From the IMG/VR virus record IMGVR_UViG_3300020404_000006: DNA of 64,000 nucleotides, one strand, 5' to 3'. The DNA comes from a virus. Both the position numbers and the translations under genes were made by a program. Positions 45,072-54,814 of this stretch are shown piece by piece; position 1 is the first letter of the stretch; each line of letters starts with the position of its first letter. The notes under the pieces were generated by a model. It saw only the letters and a program-made list of their open reading frames with translations, was not told where the DNA came from and ran no database searches.

Positions 45072-45073
45072 AA

Positions 45074-45280
45074 TTACTCACTATCACAATAAATGTACTG
45101 CTTTTCAAGCATTAGTTTATAGAAATTACTTTTTAAATCTCTTAAACGTTCTTGTTCATATGGATCAGCATTGTTTCCAGGCCATTTTTCTAAATGGAAA
45201 CACAATGATTGGTAGATTTGCTTTACAGACCTATATTCTAGGTCAAAAGCAAACCAAAGTTCTTGTTCTTGGTCCATCAA
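45074..45280 (-). CDS. hypothetical protein
   Basis: 68 aa. Confidence 0.6.
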   Translation of the reverse strand: MMDQEQELWFAFDLEYRSVKQIYQSLCFHLEKWPGNNADPYEQERLRDLKSNFYKLMLEKQYIYCDSE

Positions 45281-45329
45281 GGTTACTCCCCTTGCGTGAC
45301 TATAAACAACTATTTAGTCTCAGTTGAGA

Positions 45330-45608
45330 CTAAAATGGATTGATAGGCATATCTGGTCTTAATGAAGGTAATGGAGTAGAGTCACCACCTTTGTCTGGTG
45401 CATCTGCTGACATTCCGCCAAGAGCACCTCCGATTCCCCCTAATGCTCCACCACCAAGTCCAGCAGGGAGAACAGATTCCATTACTTTGCCTTTAACATC
45501 TTCGATGATTGCATCCTTATTAACATATAGATACCCAGCAGTACCCACGACGGCGATAGATACAACACCACTAGCAATAGCGATTCCATTTACGATTTTT
45601 TGAAACAT
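45330..45608 (-). CDS. hypothetical membrane protein
   Basis: TM helix, Gly/Pro tail. Confidence 0.65.
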   Translation of the reverse strand: MFQKIVNGIAIASGVVSIAVVGTAGYLYVNKDAIIEDVKGKVMESVLPAGLGGGALGGIGGALGGMSADAPDKGGDSTPLPSLRPDMPINPF

Positions 45609-45610
45609 AA

Positions 45611-46075
45611 TTACATCTCATACTTTTTAGGATCAGTTTCGGTAGTTATTTTTAAAGGTGCTTGTTCGACACGGATGACTTGTGCTGGTGCAGTTTGTGA
45701 TGCCGCAGCAATAAGTTTTTCCATATCTGCCTTAGTTACTCCACTGCCACCACCATTAGCAGTACCGTTACCATTCATCTTCATAGTACCGTCACCTTTC
45801 TTAGATGCGGTCTGGATGCCAAAGCTCGCTAGCACGCCTGTAAAAACTGATGCTATAAATGTCGGATCAATTTTCTGTTGAGGAACGCCTGGAATGGCCA
45901 CATAATTTAAAGTCAAAATTCCGCCGCTCCAAACCAACACGCCAAGACGAACAAATGTACTAATGATAGCAGCCTGCTCATCTTCATCGGGTAAGATTTT
46001 GTCTTTTATTTTTTCGAGAACGCCTTTCGGTTTCTCTTCTTCTTTCTTAGGGGAAGTTTTAACAGATTCTGGCAT
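45611..46075 (-). CDS. two-TM membrane protein (holin-like topology possible)
   Basis: two hydrophobic helices with charged termini. Confidence 0.6.
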   Translation of the reverse strand: MPESVKTSPKKEEEKPKGVLEKIKDKILPDEDEQAAIISTFVRLGVLVWSGGILTLNYVAIPGVPQQKIDPTFIASVFTGVLASFGIQTASKKGDGTMKMNGNGTANGGGSGVTKADMEKLIAAASQTAPAQVIRVEQAPLKITTETDPKKYEM

Positions 46076-46095
46076 GGTAAAATATTATAACCTTA

Positions 46096-46407
46096 TTATA
46101 TATAAGGATACTTTGTCCTGATCTCTTCGACTTTCGCATCGTAGTCTGCCTGTGTTATCTCGCCTCTTTGCACTTTGAAATACATTGGGTCTGTGACCTC
46201 ACGGAACTCTTGTTCACGCATAAATTTATGGTAAGCATTCTGTTTTTCTTTATCTGTTGTGACTGCAGCTGCATCTACTAACGCTTGATCTATTTCAAAC
46301 GGTGTAGTGTCACTAATATCCCTATCAAATATACCAATATCATCTTGAATTAATAAATTTTTGTCTGGATATGCTGCACGAATAGCTTCGTGATTGTAAG
46401 TTGCCAT
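46096..46407 (-). CDS. tail fibre assembly chaperone-like protein
   Basis: directly downstream of fibre gene; R..E....TDP..FK..RGE....W/Y......I...YP pattern. Confidence 0.55.
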   Translation of the reverse strand: MATYNHEAIRAAYPDKNLLIQDDIGIFDRDISDTTPFEIDQALVDAAAVTTDKEKQNAYHKFMREQEFREVTDPMYFKVQRGEITQADYDAKVEEIRTKYPYI

Positions 46408-48563
46408 TAAGATTTTACCTCCGTTACGGTGATACGACTCCAAGTTCTTCTACTAGTTGAGTTATCCCCATCAAAGCTATCTCTATTGATATAGTAATCA
46501 TAAGATGATGTAGTTTGGTTTCTAATAATGAACGTGTATGTAACTGTAGAAGTAGTATTTGGTGAATCTAGATATGGGGAGTAAGTAACTTGATCGATTC
46601 TATAGTTAAGGTTACTATACGGTGCAACAGCTGCCATTGATCCTTGTCTATAATTACCATTGTTTGCTGGAACAATATTAGTTGTACCACCACCAGATAT
46701 CGCTCTTCTAATACCATATAAGAAAGCATAATCATATTGGTAAGCGTCTGCAAACATAGCACCTTCAATTAGAATCTTACTACTTGCTTGAGTGGGAGTA
46801 ATACTAACAGAAAATGGAGCTGCTGTCCAACCACTTTGCCAACCAATCACACTAAAACTTGTGGCCGTGCTATATATTGTCTGTTTGCAGAGTGGTCTAG
46901 CATCAACATTAAGACCAGTAATAGCAGCTGCTGGTACATTAGAAAGACCAGCTCCAGATCCATTGAACTGGGTGGCGTATAACTGACCTGTATTGGAATT
47001 GAATGTAAGATTACTTCCAGTATGAGGTGTAACATCACCAGTTGCTGCTTGAGCAAACAAGAGATTACATGAAGTGTCACCAGATTGATCCGTTACGGTA
47101 ACTTTTGTTGCAACATCAGCAGTAGATGCAGTGGTGGCACTCGTTGCATTACCACTGAATGATGATGCCGTGATAATACCAGTTGCATTTATATTTGTGG
47201 GTTGTAAAGTTCCCTGTACTGCATCAAATAGTAAGTTAGTTCCTGTTTTTGCAGCAACATATCCTGATGATTCCCCAGCGAACAATACACTACATGTTGT
47301 ATCTGTAGATTCATCAACAACTGCAATGTTATTTGACCGTGAGGCAGTGGTTGCAGTGCCAGCAGAAGTAGCAGTGTCTGCATTTCCAGCTAAAGGACCA
47401 CTAAATGTTGTTGCAGTTACAACACCAGTAGCGACCATACCAGATCTTGCGGTGATAAGACCGACAGAATCAATATTAGTTACGTCTTCGTATGTTAATG
47501 TTCCACCAATACTTACGTCACCACTGACATTCAATGAAGTTAGAGTGCCTAGTGATGTGATATTTGGTTGTGCTGCGGTGATTACATTTCCAATCAATCC
47601 ACCATGAACATCAGTGATATAAGCAGATGCTACACCAGTTATGACTGTGTTACCATCACCTGTAATATTTCCATTTGGTTTGATGTCCCCAGTAAAGGTT
47701 GAGACACCAGAAACTTCTAATTGATCGTATTGGTTAACAGCGGTTACTGTGACAATACCAGCAGATAGGGGTGATACTGTAGAACCATATCCAAAATTAA
47801 CACTAGCAGCAATACCAATAGGAGTACCGTTATCCCTAATAAGGATACCAGAAGATGCAGCAACAACTCCAGTCAGTTGAGATCCATCACCCTTGAACGT
47901 TCCACTAGCAAGACCAACAACAATATCAGGTGATCCAGTCAGGCCTTGAGAGTTGACTGCAAGAGTGGCGATACCAGCGGTGGTTGCATACCCAGCTACA
48001 GTAGATACACCAGCGAGTTGAGAATAGACTGATCTCTGAGAGTCCGTAGAAAGACCCGCTACGAAAGCATAGTTCCCAAGTCCAGCAGTCTGAGCATACG
48101 CTGCAGCCCCAGTAAGATCACCTATAACGTTGGTGCAAGCAATACTGACTGCAACTATATCCTTGGCTAAGATATCTGGTTGTCCAGATATACCATATGC
48201 AAAAGAAGCATTGACAGATGTGGATGCAGTACCAGTGAGATCACCTGTAACATTACCAGTTACACTTCCTATCAACCCACCACTAAAAGCAGTTGCTACA
48301 ACAACCTCTGGTAAACGATCAGGTGAAAGTAAACCAGAGGTTAAGTTAGTTGCATTTTGATAGTAAGAAGGTAACTGACCACCAAACTTATTAGAGTCAC
48401 TAGAGATACCAGAAGTCTTGGCGAAGCTTACCAAATTAGTCGCATCACCAAATATCGAGTATATCTCGCTAAAGTTTGCGTTTACCTTTACTGCTCCTTG
48501 TCGCAGGGTGTCTCCTGTTCCGTCATTACTGGCAGAACCTACACCAATTTGTTGCTTAGCCAT
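46407..48563 (-). CDS. tail fibre protein
   Basis: NDGTGDTLR.GA.KVNANF.EIY N-terminus; fibre repeats; beta C-terminal tip. Confidence 0.8.
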   Translation of the reverse strand: MAKQQIGVGSASNDGTGDTLRQGAVKVNANFSEIYSIFGDATNLVSFAKTSGISSDSNKFGGQLPSYYQNATNLTSGLLSPDRLPEVVVATAFSGGLIGSVTGNVTGDLTGTASTSVNASFAYGISGQPDILAKDIVAVSIACTNVIGDLTGAAAYAQTAGLGNYAFVAGLSTDSQRSVYSQLAGVSTVAGYATTAGIATLAVNSQGLTGSPDIVVGLASGTFKGDGSQLTGVVAASSGILIRDNGTPIGIAASVNFGYGSTVSPLSAGIVTVTAVNQYDQLEVSGVSTFTGDIKPNGNITGDGNTVITGVASAYITDVHGGLIGNVITAAQPNITSLGTLTSLNVSGDVSIGGTLTYEDVTNIDSVGLITARSGMVATGVVTATTFSGPLAGNADTATSAGTATTASRSNNIAVVDESTDTTCSVLFAGESSGYVAAKTGTNLLFDAVQGTLQPTNINATGIITASSFSGNATSATTASTADVATKVTVTDQSGDTSCNLLFAQAATGDVTPHTGSNLTFNSNTGQLYATQFNGSGAGLSNVPAAAITGLNVDARPLCKQTIYSTATSFSVIGWQSGWTAAPFSVSITPTQASSKILIEGAMFADAYQYDYAFLYGIRRAISGGGTTNIVPANNGNYRQGSMAAVAPYSNLNYRIDQVTYSPYLDSPNTTSTVTYTFIIRNQTTSSYDYYINRDSFDGDNSTSRRTWSRITVTEVKS

Positions 48564-48594
48564 TCTTTACAGGACTACTTTTATATTATTTAGT

Positions 48595-49758
48595 CTACAG
48601 TTTGAATCCGCTGAACTGATTCTTCTTGATATCTTGTTTGATACCACCAACAACGTAGGATTCAACCTCTGTTTCCTGTGGTGCAACTTGTAATCCCTTA
48701 GATGAGATCCAGTGTTGTGTCCAAGGCAATGGATTGTTCTTTAATGGTTGATCATAGATTGGATCTAGACCAAGAGCTTTCATTCTCTTGTTAGCAATCC
48801 ACTCAACATATTGATTGAGTAGTTTGTCATTCAAACCTATCATAGAACCACCACTGAACAGATACTCTGCCCATTCCTTCTCTTCTTCAACGGCATTTTT
48901 GAACATGCCTATTACATTACTTCTCTCTTCCTTTGCGATCTGTTGCATTTCTGGATCGTCTCCATCTGCCCACTTCTTAAGAATCTGTTGAGTGAGAACT
49001 AGATGTTGGTTTTCATCCCTACTGATAAGGCTGATGATCTTTGCCGATCCTTCCATAAGCTTAAGTTCTCCAAAAGCAAACGAGCACGCGAAGGAGACAT
49101 AGAACCTAATTCCTTCCAAGATATTGACATTTGCGATTGCTCGATAGAGTTTCCTTTTGAGTTCATGAATTGTCCATTGTGATGAAGGTGAATCCTTCCA
49201 ATCTTTTTCCCACATACGTCCCTGATCCCATTCGTGGGCATCATTTATAAAGTCGTCGTAGGCTGCTGTTACAGAGTTTGCTCTCTTTAAAATCTTTTCA
49301 TCATCTAGAATCGTGTCAAAGACTTCTGATGGATTCGGATACACGTTCTTGATAATATATGTATAGGATCTAGAATGTATCATCTCCATAAATTGCCACA
49401 CATTCATAGCACCTTCCAGTTCAGGCAAGGCACAATATGGTGCAAAAGCCATGCCAGGACCACGACCTTGTACAGAATCTAAAAGAATTTGGTATTTTAG
49501 ATTGGATGTAAAGATGTGTTTCTGTTCTGGTCTTAGTGATTGATAGTCAGCTCGGTCTTTTTGTAGAGACACCTCCTCTGGTCTCCAGAAATATCCTAGC
49601 ATTTGAGTTGTTAGTTTATCAAACACTGGATACTTATACTCATCATATCTTTGAACTCCAAGTGGAGCACCAAAGAACATTGGTTGAGTCTTAGTGTCTA
49701 CATGCTGTTTGTTAAAAACAGTCATTCTTTCTACTTTTTTAGATGGTGCAACTGTCAC
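48595..49758 (-). CDS. nrdB: ribonucleotide reductase class Ia beta subunit
   Basis: FWRPEE, DSVQG, E.IHSRSY, LEGIRF, RDENQH, APQETE. Confidence 0.97.
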   Translation of the reverse strand: MTVAPSKKVERMTVFNKQHVDTKTQPMFFGAPLGVQRYDEYKYPVFDKLTTQMLGYFWRPEEVSLQKDRADYQSLRPEQKHIFTSNLKYQILLDSVQGRGPGMAFAPYCALPELEGAMNVWQFMEMIHSRSYTYIIKNVYPNPSEVFDTILDDEKILKRANSVTAAYDDFINDAHEWDQGRMWEKDWKDSPSSQWTIHELKRKLYRAIANVNILEGIRFYVSFACSFAFGELKLMEGSAKIISLISRDENQHLVLTQQILKKWADGDDPEMQQIAKEERSNVIGMFKNAVEEEKEWAEYLFSGGSMIGLNDKLLNQYVEWIANKRMKALGLDPIYDQPLKNNPLPWTQHWISSKGLQVAPQETEVESYVVGGIKQDIKKNQFSGFKL

Positions 49759-52036
49759 ACTCTTGCTCCTCTGATAGTTCGGTGAATAGTTTTTCTAATT
49801 GTGGTTTCGCTTCTTCAACATCTACATCATCACTCTTCATGTCATAAGTATTCTGATAGTATGAGGTCTTCCAACCATACTTATATGTGGCGAGAAAGTC
49901 CTGTGCCATAACAGAAATAGGCACTTCATTATCTGGATAGTGAGTTGGATTGTAACTCCAGTTCCCACTGATGGCCTGATCAAAGAACTTCTGCATTACT
50001 GCAACTACTTTGATGTATCCATCATTACCTTCCATATCCCATAGTAGGGTATAGTTATTTTTCAAAGATCCAAAAGACGGAACAACTTGCTTAAGAGGTC
50101 CTTTCTTTGATTTTTTAATGGACAGGTAATCTCTAGGTGGTTCGATTCCATTTGTGGCATTTGACACAACGGAACTGCTCTCCGAAGGCATTTGTGCGGA
50201 CAGAGTGCTGTGCCTGAGTCCGAACTCAAGAATAGATCCCCTAAGAGTTTCCCAATCATGTTTCAGTTCTACCTTTGTAATCTCATCTACATCTCTTTTG
50301 TATGTATCAATCGGTAGGATTCCATCAGAGTATTTTGTAGATGAAAAATCAGCACAAGGACCTTTCTCTTTAGCAATATCATTTGATGCTTTCAGTAGAT
50401 AATACTGGAATGACTCAGTAAGTTTATGTACTGCGTCCCAGGCCTCCTGTGAGTCGTATTTCCATCCATTCTTAGCAAGATAATGAGCAAGACCAATATA
50501 ACCCACTCCAAGGGATCTACGACCCAATGTGGCAATCTCTGCTGCTCTTACTGGATAATCTTGATAGTCAATCAACTCCTCTAGAGACCTCACAGAAAGG
50601 TCACAGAGGTCTTCCAACTCCTCCAACTTAGTCAACTTACCTACATTGATTGCAGACAAGATACAGAGGGCAATCTCGCCATCTATAGAGTCAATATGTT
50701 GGAGAGGTTCTGTGGGTAGAGTGATCTCTTGACAGAGATTACTCATACTTACCTTGTCCTTGAAGGAAGAGTGTTCATTACAGTGATCAATATTCATGAT
50801 ATAGATACGACCTGTCTCTGCTCTCTCCTTAAGGAGATTCATAATCAGTTCTTGAGCTCCGATTGTTCGCTTGGGGATTGATTCATCCAGTTCGTAACGG
50901 CAATATAACTCATCAAAGTCAGGGGTCCCAAAACTCTCAAACAAGTCAGGACAACTATGGGGAGAAAAAAGCGTGATTTCCTTATCTTCGATAAACCTTT
51001 CATAGAAGAGTTTTGAGATTTGGATTGAGTAGTCGAGTTTTCTGACACGATTGTCTTCGGTTCCTTTGTTGTTCTTGAGAACTAAAATGTCCTCTATTTC
51101 TTGGTGCCAGATGGGGAAGTGGACAGTCGCTGATCCACCTCTAATGCCATTTTGAGTGCAACATCTGACAGTTGCTTCAAACTTTTTGAGGAACGGTACA
51201 ACACCTGTGTGTTGAACTTCTCCGCCTCTGATTTTACTGTTGATCCCACGGATGCGGCCTGCGTTGATACCAATCCCAGCCCTCTGAGCAACATAACGAC
51301 CGATGGCCATATCAGAACTAAAAATACTATCCAAGGTGTCGTCAACATCAACCAGAACGCAAGACGCAAACTGCCGAATAGGTGTTCGGACACCACCCAT
51401 GATTGGGGTTGGTATGTTGATTTTGTGTCGGGAAATGGCATTGTAGTAGCGTGTAACGTAATCTATTCTGTTTTGAGCGGGGTACTCCGCAAAGATAGTC
51501 ATTGCAATAAGCAAGTACATGAACTGTGGGGTCTCATAAACCTGTCCAGTGCTTCTGTCCTGTACCAAATACTTATCAACGACCTGTCTTAGACCAGCAT
51601 AAGTGAAAAGATAATCACGATCATGGTCAATAAGTTTGTCTAATCCTTCAATCTCCTGTAAGGAATACTTCTTAAGGATATCAGAATCATAGATTCCTTT
51701 TTCTACACCTCTATTGATCTGATCAATAAGTGTAGGAACCTCATGGATTCTACCATATAGATTCTTTCTAAGACCAAAGAGAAGAAGTCTAGCAGCGACA
51801 TACTGATAGTTTGGAGCATCCAAATCAATCAGATCACTTGCTGACTTGACGAGGATGCCTTGGATTTCGGAGGTAGTAATTCCATCATAGAATTGGATTC
51901 CAGATTGAATTTCAACTTGACTTGCAGATACACCTGCAAGACCGTCACAAGCTAGTTCAACCATCTTGTGCATCTTTTCCAAGTCAAGAGGCTCAATATG
52001 TCCCGCTCTCTTGACTACTTTAATACCATTGCTCAT
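49739..52036 (-). CDS. nrdA: ribonucleotide reductase class Ia alpha subunit
   Basis: ATP cone, PTP, SCVL, SNLCQEI, AQMPSE, KTSYY. Confidence 0.97.
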   Translation of the reverse strand: MSNGIKVVKRAGHIEPLDLEKMHKMVELACDGLAGVSASQVEIQSGIQFYDGITTSEIQGILVKSASDLIDLDAPNYQYVAARLLLFGLRKNLYGRIHEVPTLIDQINRGVEKGIYDSDILKKYSLQEIEGLDKLIDHDRDYLFTYAGLRQVVDKYLVQDRSTGQVYETPQFMYLLIAMTIFAEYPAQNRIDYVTRYYNAISRHKINIPTPIMGGVRTPIRQFASCVLVDVDDTLDSIFSSDMAIGRYVAQRAGIGINAGRIRGINSKIRGGEVQHTGVVPFLKKFEATVRCCTQNGIRGGSATVHFPIWHQEIEDILVLKNNKGTEDNRVRKLDYSIQISKLFYERFIEDKEITLFSPHSCPDLFESFGTPDFDELYCRYELDESIPKRTIGAQELIMNLLKERAETGRIYIMNIDHCNEHSSFKDKVSMSNLCQEITLPTEPLQHIDSIDGEIALCILSAINVGKLTKLEELEDLCDLSVRSLEELIDYQDYPVRAAEIATLGRRSLGVGYIGLAHYLAKNGWKYDSQEAWDAVHKLTESFQYYLLKASNDIAKEKGPCADFSSTKYSDGILPIDTYKRDVDEITKVELKHDWETLRGSILEFGLRHSTLSAQMPSESSSVVSNATNGIEPPRDYLSIKKSKKGPLKQVVPSFGSLKNNYTLLWDMEGNDGYIKVVAVMQKFFDQAISGNWSYNPTHYPDNEVPISVMAQDFLATYKYGWKTSYYQNTYDMKSDDVDVEEAKPQLEKLFTELSEEQECDSCTI

Positions 52037-53034
52037 ACTCGTTTCCAGGCTTGTAATTTTAATTTGGCTTCTAAACCTTGGTAGATATTCGAGTCTACCA
52101 CTCTTTGCACACTTTGTCCACTAAGATACATGTCATTTATGTCCTTTTCAAGAATATTCTTAGGGAAGATTACGACTCTATCACCTCTATCGATAGTGGT
52201 GGCAAGTCTTTCAACTATTTGTCTGTTCCTTGGTTCATTGTCATATATCCATACAGGGTTAGTGATTCCCCACTTGGAGACATCACCATCCGCTCCACAC
52301 ATTGCGATTGAATTAGGGATGAATGTGGAGTCAAATGGTCCTTCCGTGACGTAAACAGTTTTTCCAGTATTGATATCATCGAGACCATAAATCTTCGGAG
52401 CATCGTCCTCCAACATGATCGTAATATATTTGATCTTGGATCTAGGGAGCAAAGATCTCCCTTGGTATCCTACAAGTGTACCTTTGTACCTAAGCGGAAT
52501 GATGATTCTCGGTTCATCATTTTTGACATCATCAAACGTGTGCTTTTGTGCATTAGTCCACTCTTTGAAATTATTGCAGTAGTACAAATTTTCTAGTGTT
52601 TTACTAGAAATCTTCCTACTTTCTTCTAGGTATATTCGAGCGGGGTGTGATTTATTTAGACTAACGATATTTTCTAGATCGATACGAAATTTGTCTTTAA
52701 TAAATACTGGTTTTGGTAGGTCAAATTTAGGTACAGGAGTGTTAGATCCCAGTCCCACAGTACCTTTTTTATACCTCTCCATAATATACTGCTTGTGCAA
52801 AACAGTATCCTGATCCCGAAGAAAATTAGTAAGTGTCTTAGAAACGCCACAGTTATGACACTTAAAATTATAATCATTTTTTATAGGATATAAGAATCCC
52901 CTCGCTTTATTCTTATACTTACTAGAATCCCCACAATAAGGGCATCTAAAATTATATAATCCTCTACTCTTCTTAGTAAACTTTTGGAGTCTAGACGATA
53001 CCAGACTTATGTATTTGCTGTCTACTAGGTTCAA
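52033..53034 (-). CDS. gp61: DNA primase, T4 gp61-like
   Basis: CPYCGDS..CHNC Zn finger, YQGR, EGPFDS, DNEPRN, KDINDM. Confidence 0.95.
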   Translation of the reverse strand: MNLVDSKYISLVSSRLQKFTKKSRGLYNFRCPYCGDSSKYKNKARGFLYPIKNDYNFKCHNCGVSKTLTNFLRDQDTVLHKQYIMERYKKGTVGLGSNTPVPKFDLPKPVFIKDKFRIDLENIVSLNKSHPARIYLEESRKISSKTLENLYYCNNFKEWTNAQKHTFDDVKNDEPRIIIPLRYKGTLVGYQGRSLLPRSKIKYITIMLEDDAPKIYGLDDINTGKTVYVTEGPFDSTFIPNSIAMCGADGDVSKWGITNPVWIYDNEPRNRQIVERLATTIDRGDRVVIFPKNILEKDINDMYLSGQSVQRVVDSNIYQGLEAKLKLQAWKRV

Positions 53035-53428
53035 TGCTGACTACTCGTTCGACTCCTAGTATAACAGATGATTGATTATTCTGCAACCCTTGTATAACTT
53101 TCTGACCCATAGGACTGACGAGAACTGATATGACACCGATACCACCAGCGATTGTCCACATCTTCTTCTCCATCATCCTCAGACGTTCTTCTACCTTCAT
53201 TATATCTCTCTCACATCCTGTCTTAATCTCTTTAGTCGAACGGTTAAGTTCCCTATGAAGAGATTCCACCTTCTCGAATAGTACGGCATCTATCCTATCT
53301 TGCTTGTCCAGCTTTTCATTATGAACCGCAAGCAGTTGTCCCATCTTTACGGAGTTATCCTGTAAAGAATCTACTACTTTTTCTAATCTTTCTAATATAG
53401 CTGTGTTGATACTGGCGTTTTCGCTCAT
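52991..53428 (-). CDS. coiled-coil protein with C-terminal TM
   Basis: heptad-rich, LAVH motif, terminal hydrophobic helix. Confidence 0.6.
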   Translation of the reverse strand: MSENASINTAILERLEKVVDSLQDNSVKMGQLLAVHNEKLDKQDRIDAVLFEKVESLHRELNRSTKEIKTGCERDIMKVEERLRMMEKKMWTIAGGIGVISVLVSPMGQKVIQGLQNNQSSVILGVERVVSIEPSRQQIHKSGIV

Positions 53429-53592
53429 TTCTTTTTACGTTTTGAGGTTGCTTTTGCAGCGTTGTACCATCTTCTAATCATTCCACCAAAAGGTAAATCA
53501 TATCCAGCAACAGGACCTTTGGAATCTGCAGCAGAAGTAAAACCACCTGTACCAGCGGTCATCATCTCATTAAATTCCTTAAAAGTCTTCAT
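53425..53592 (-). CDS. 55-aa putative internal head peptide
   Basis: manual translation MKTFKEFNEMMTAGTGG...KRKKK; first 7 aa identical to T4 IPI N-terminus as I recall it. Confidence 0.6.
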   Translation of the reverse strand: MKTFKEFNEMMTAGTGGFTSAADSKGPVAGYDLPFGGMIRRWYNAAKATSKRKKK

Positions 53593-53963
53593 AGTTCTTT
53601 AAGACACTGTAAACATGTATCATCCATAGGTACATCATGTAGTGCCGATTTGGGAAACTCAGGGAATCTTCCTAAGTATACCACAAACGTTTTAACAACA
53701 GGCCATAAGTCCTTATCTATCTTGAAAAATAGAAGAGGTGTGGCGGCCTCACCAAAAACATTATAAAGGATTATGAAGTGGTTAATAAGTAAATGAGCTT
53801 TCAAAACGCCAGTAGTTTTATAACGTTTCAAAAGCCTTTTTACCCATTTGAATCTTTTCAGATCCTCTTCAAAATCTTCCTTAGTGACTGCGTGAGGGTT
53901 TTCGTAATTCTTAATTGCAAAAATTACATAGTTATTTTCATTCAGTTCAGAAAACTTCATCAA
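53589..53963 (-). CDS. conserved T4-like hypothetical protein
   Basis: Y.NP...EDF.EDLKRFK...RL...HLLINH.I.LYNVF. Confidence 0.75.
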   Translation of the reverse strand: MMKFSELNENNYVIFAIKNYENPHAVTKEDFEEDLKRFKWVKRLLKRYKTTGVLKAHLLINHFIILYNVFGEAATPLLFFKIDKDLWPVVKTFVVYLGRFPEFPKSALHDVPMDDTCLQCLKEL

Positions 53964-53991
53964 TCATTTTATTCTGTATTATCTAGGTCGG

Positions 53992-54555
53992 TTATGCGAC
54001 AACAGTAATTGTACCAGCAGCAGTTCCGATAGAAGCAACATTAGTAATTGTGGAGTTGGTAGATGTACCAGCATCCTTAATTGTTCCACCGTTAAGTGCA
54101 ACTGCGTTTGCTCCTATTGATAGTTCGTCATCAGCAGAAGTCGCTGCGTTACCAGCGGCGATTGTGAGTGAGAACACCAATTCATTACTGCCTGTACCTG
54201 AGGCATATGACAGTGTATGGTTTGCTCGTTGGTCATTGACCACTGTAAGTTGTGGTGTGCCTGTGACATCAACTGCTTCGTTGAATCTTACTCTTACCTG
54301 TAAAGTTCCACCATCTGACTTGTCAAATGATGTTGTGATGAACTCAATTTCGGTAATGTCTGCAGCACCGATACTTGTAGCGAGTTCTCCGATTGCGACC
54401 AGAATCTCTGGGTCTGCATTAGGATTATCGTTACCAGTTAATGCACCATTTTCCAACACCCAACCAGACTTTGTAGCAAAACATTGCTTCTTCTGTTCGT
54501 CGGTCAGAAACTTAGGCTTTGACTCGTCTGAGTCGGTTGCTCCCCAAAGAGGCAT
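53992..54555 (-). CDS. virion structural protein with Ig-like domain
   Basis: MPLWG start, V.FNE.V.VTG.P, Y.SG.GSN.L.F. Confidence 0.65.
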   Translation of the reverse strand: MPLWGATDSDESKPKFLTDEQKKQCFATKSGWVLENGALTGNDNPNADPEILVAIGELATSIGAADITEIEFITTSFDKSDGGTLQVRVRFNEAVDVTGTPQLTVVNDQRANHTLSYASGTGSNELVFSLTIAAGNAATSADDELSIGANAVALNGGTIKDAGTSTNSTITNVASIGTAAGTITVVA

Positions 54556-54589
54556 GGGCTTTTCTCCAATTTAAGACTACTTTCTAGAT

Positions 54590-54778
54590 TTATTTATCCA
54601 ATAAGGCTTTTTCCAAAGCATCTACTAACTGGTCATCTACTTTGTTGCCTGACTTGGCAGCCGCTTTCTTGAGTAATCCAATCAAAAATACCTTTAGTTT
54701 TTCTTCTAGGTCTTCTGGGATCTTGTCTACCGCTTTGTTGATAACGTTGATAGCGATAGGCAGTAAAAATTTAGTCAT
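54590..54778 (-). CDS. hypothetical protein
   Basis: helical, N.VDD.LV..L motif. Confidence 0.65.
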   Translation of the reverse strand: MTKFLLPIAINVINKAVDKIPEDLEEKLKVFLIGLLKKAAAKSGNKVDDQLVDALEKALLDK

Positions 54779-54814
54779 AATCTTATAGCAAGTTACACTA
54801 TATATAAGACCAGT

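Noticed and set aside
48595-52036. Intein or intron in nrdA/nrdB
   Set aside because: Lengths (765 and 387 aa) are normal and no splicing motifs are visible.
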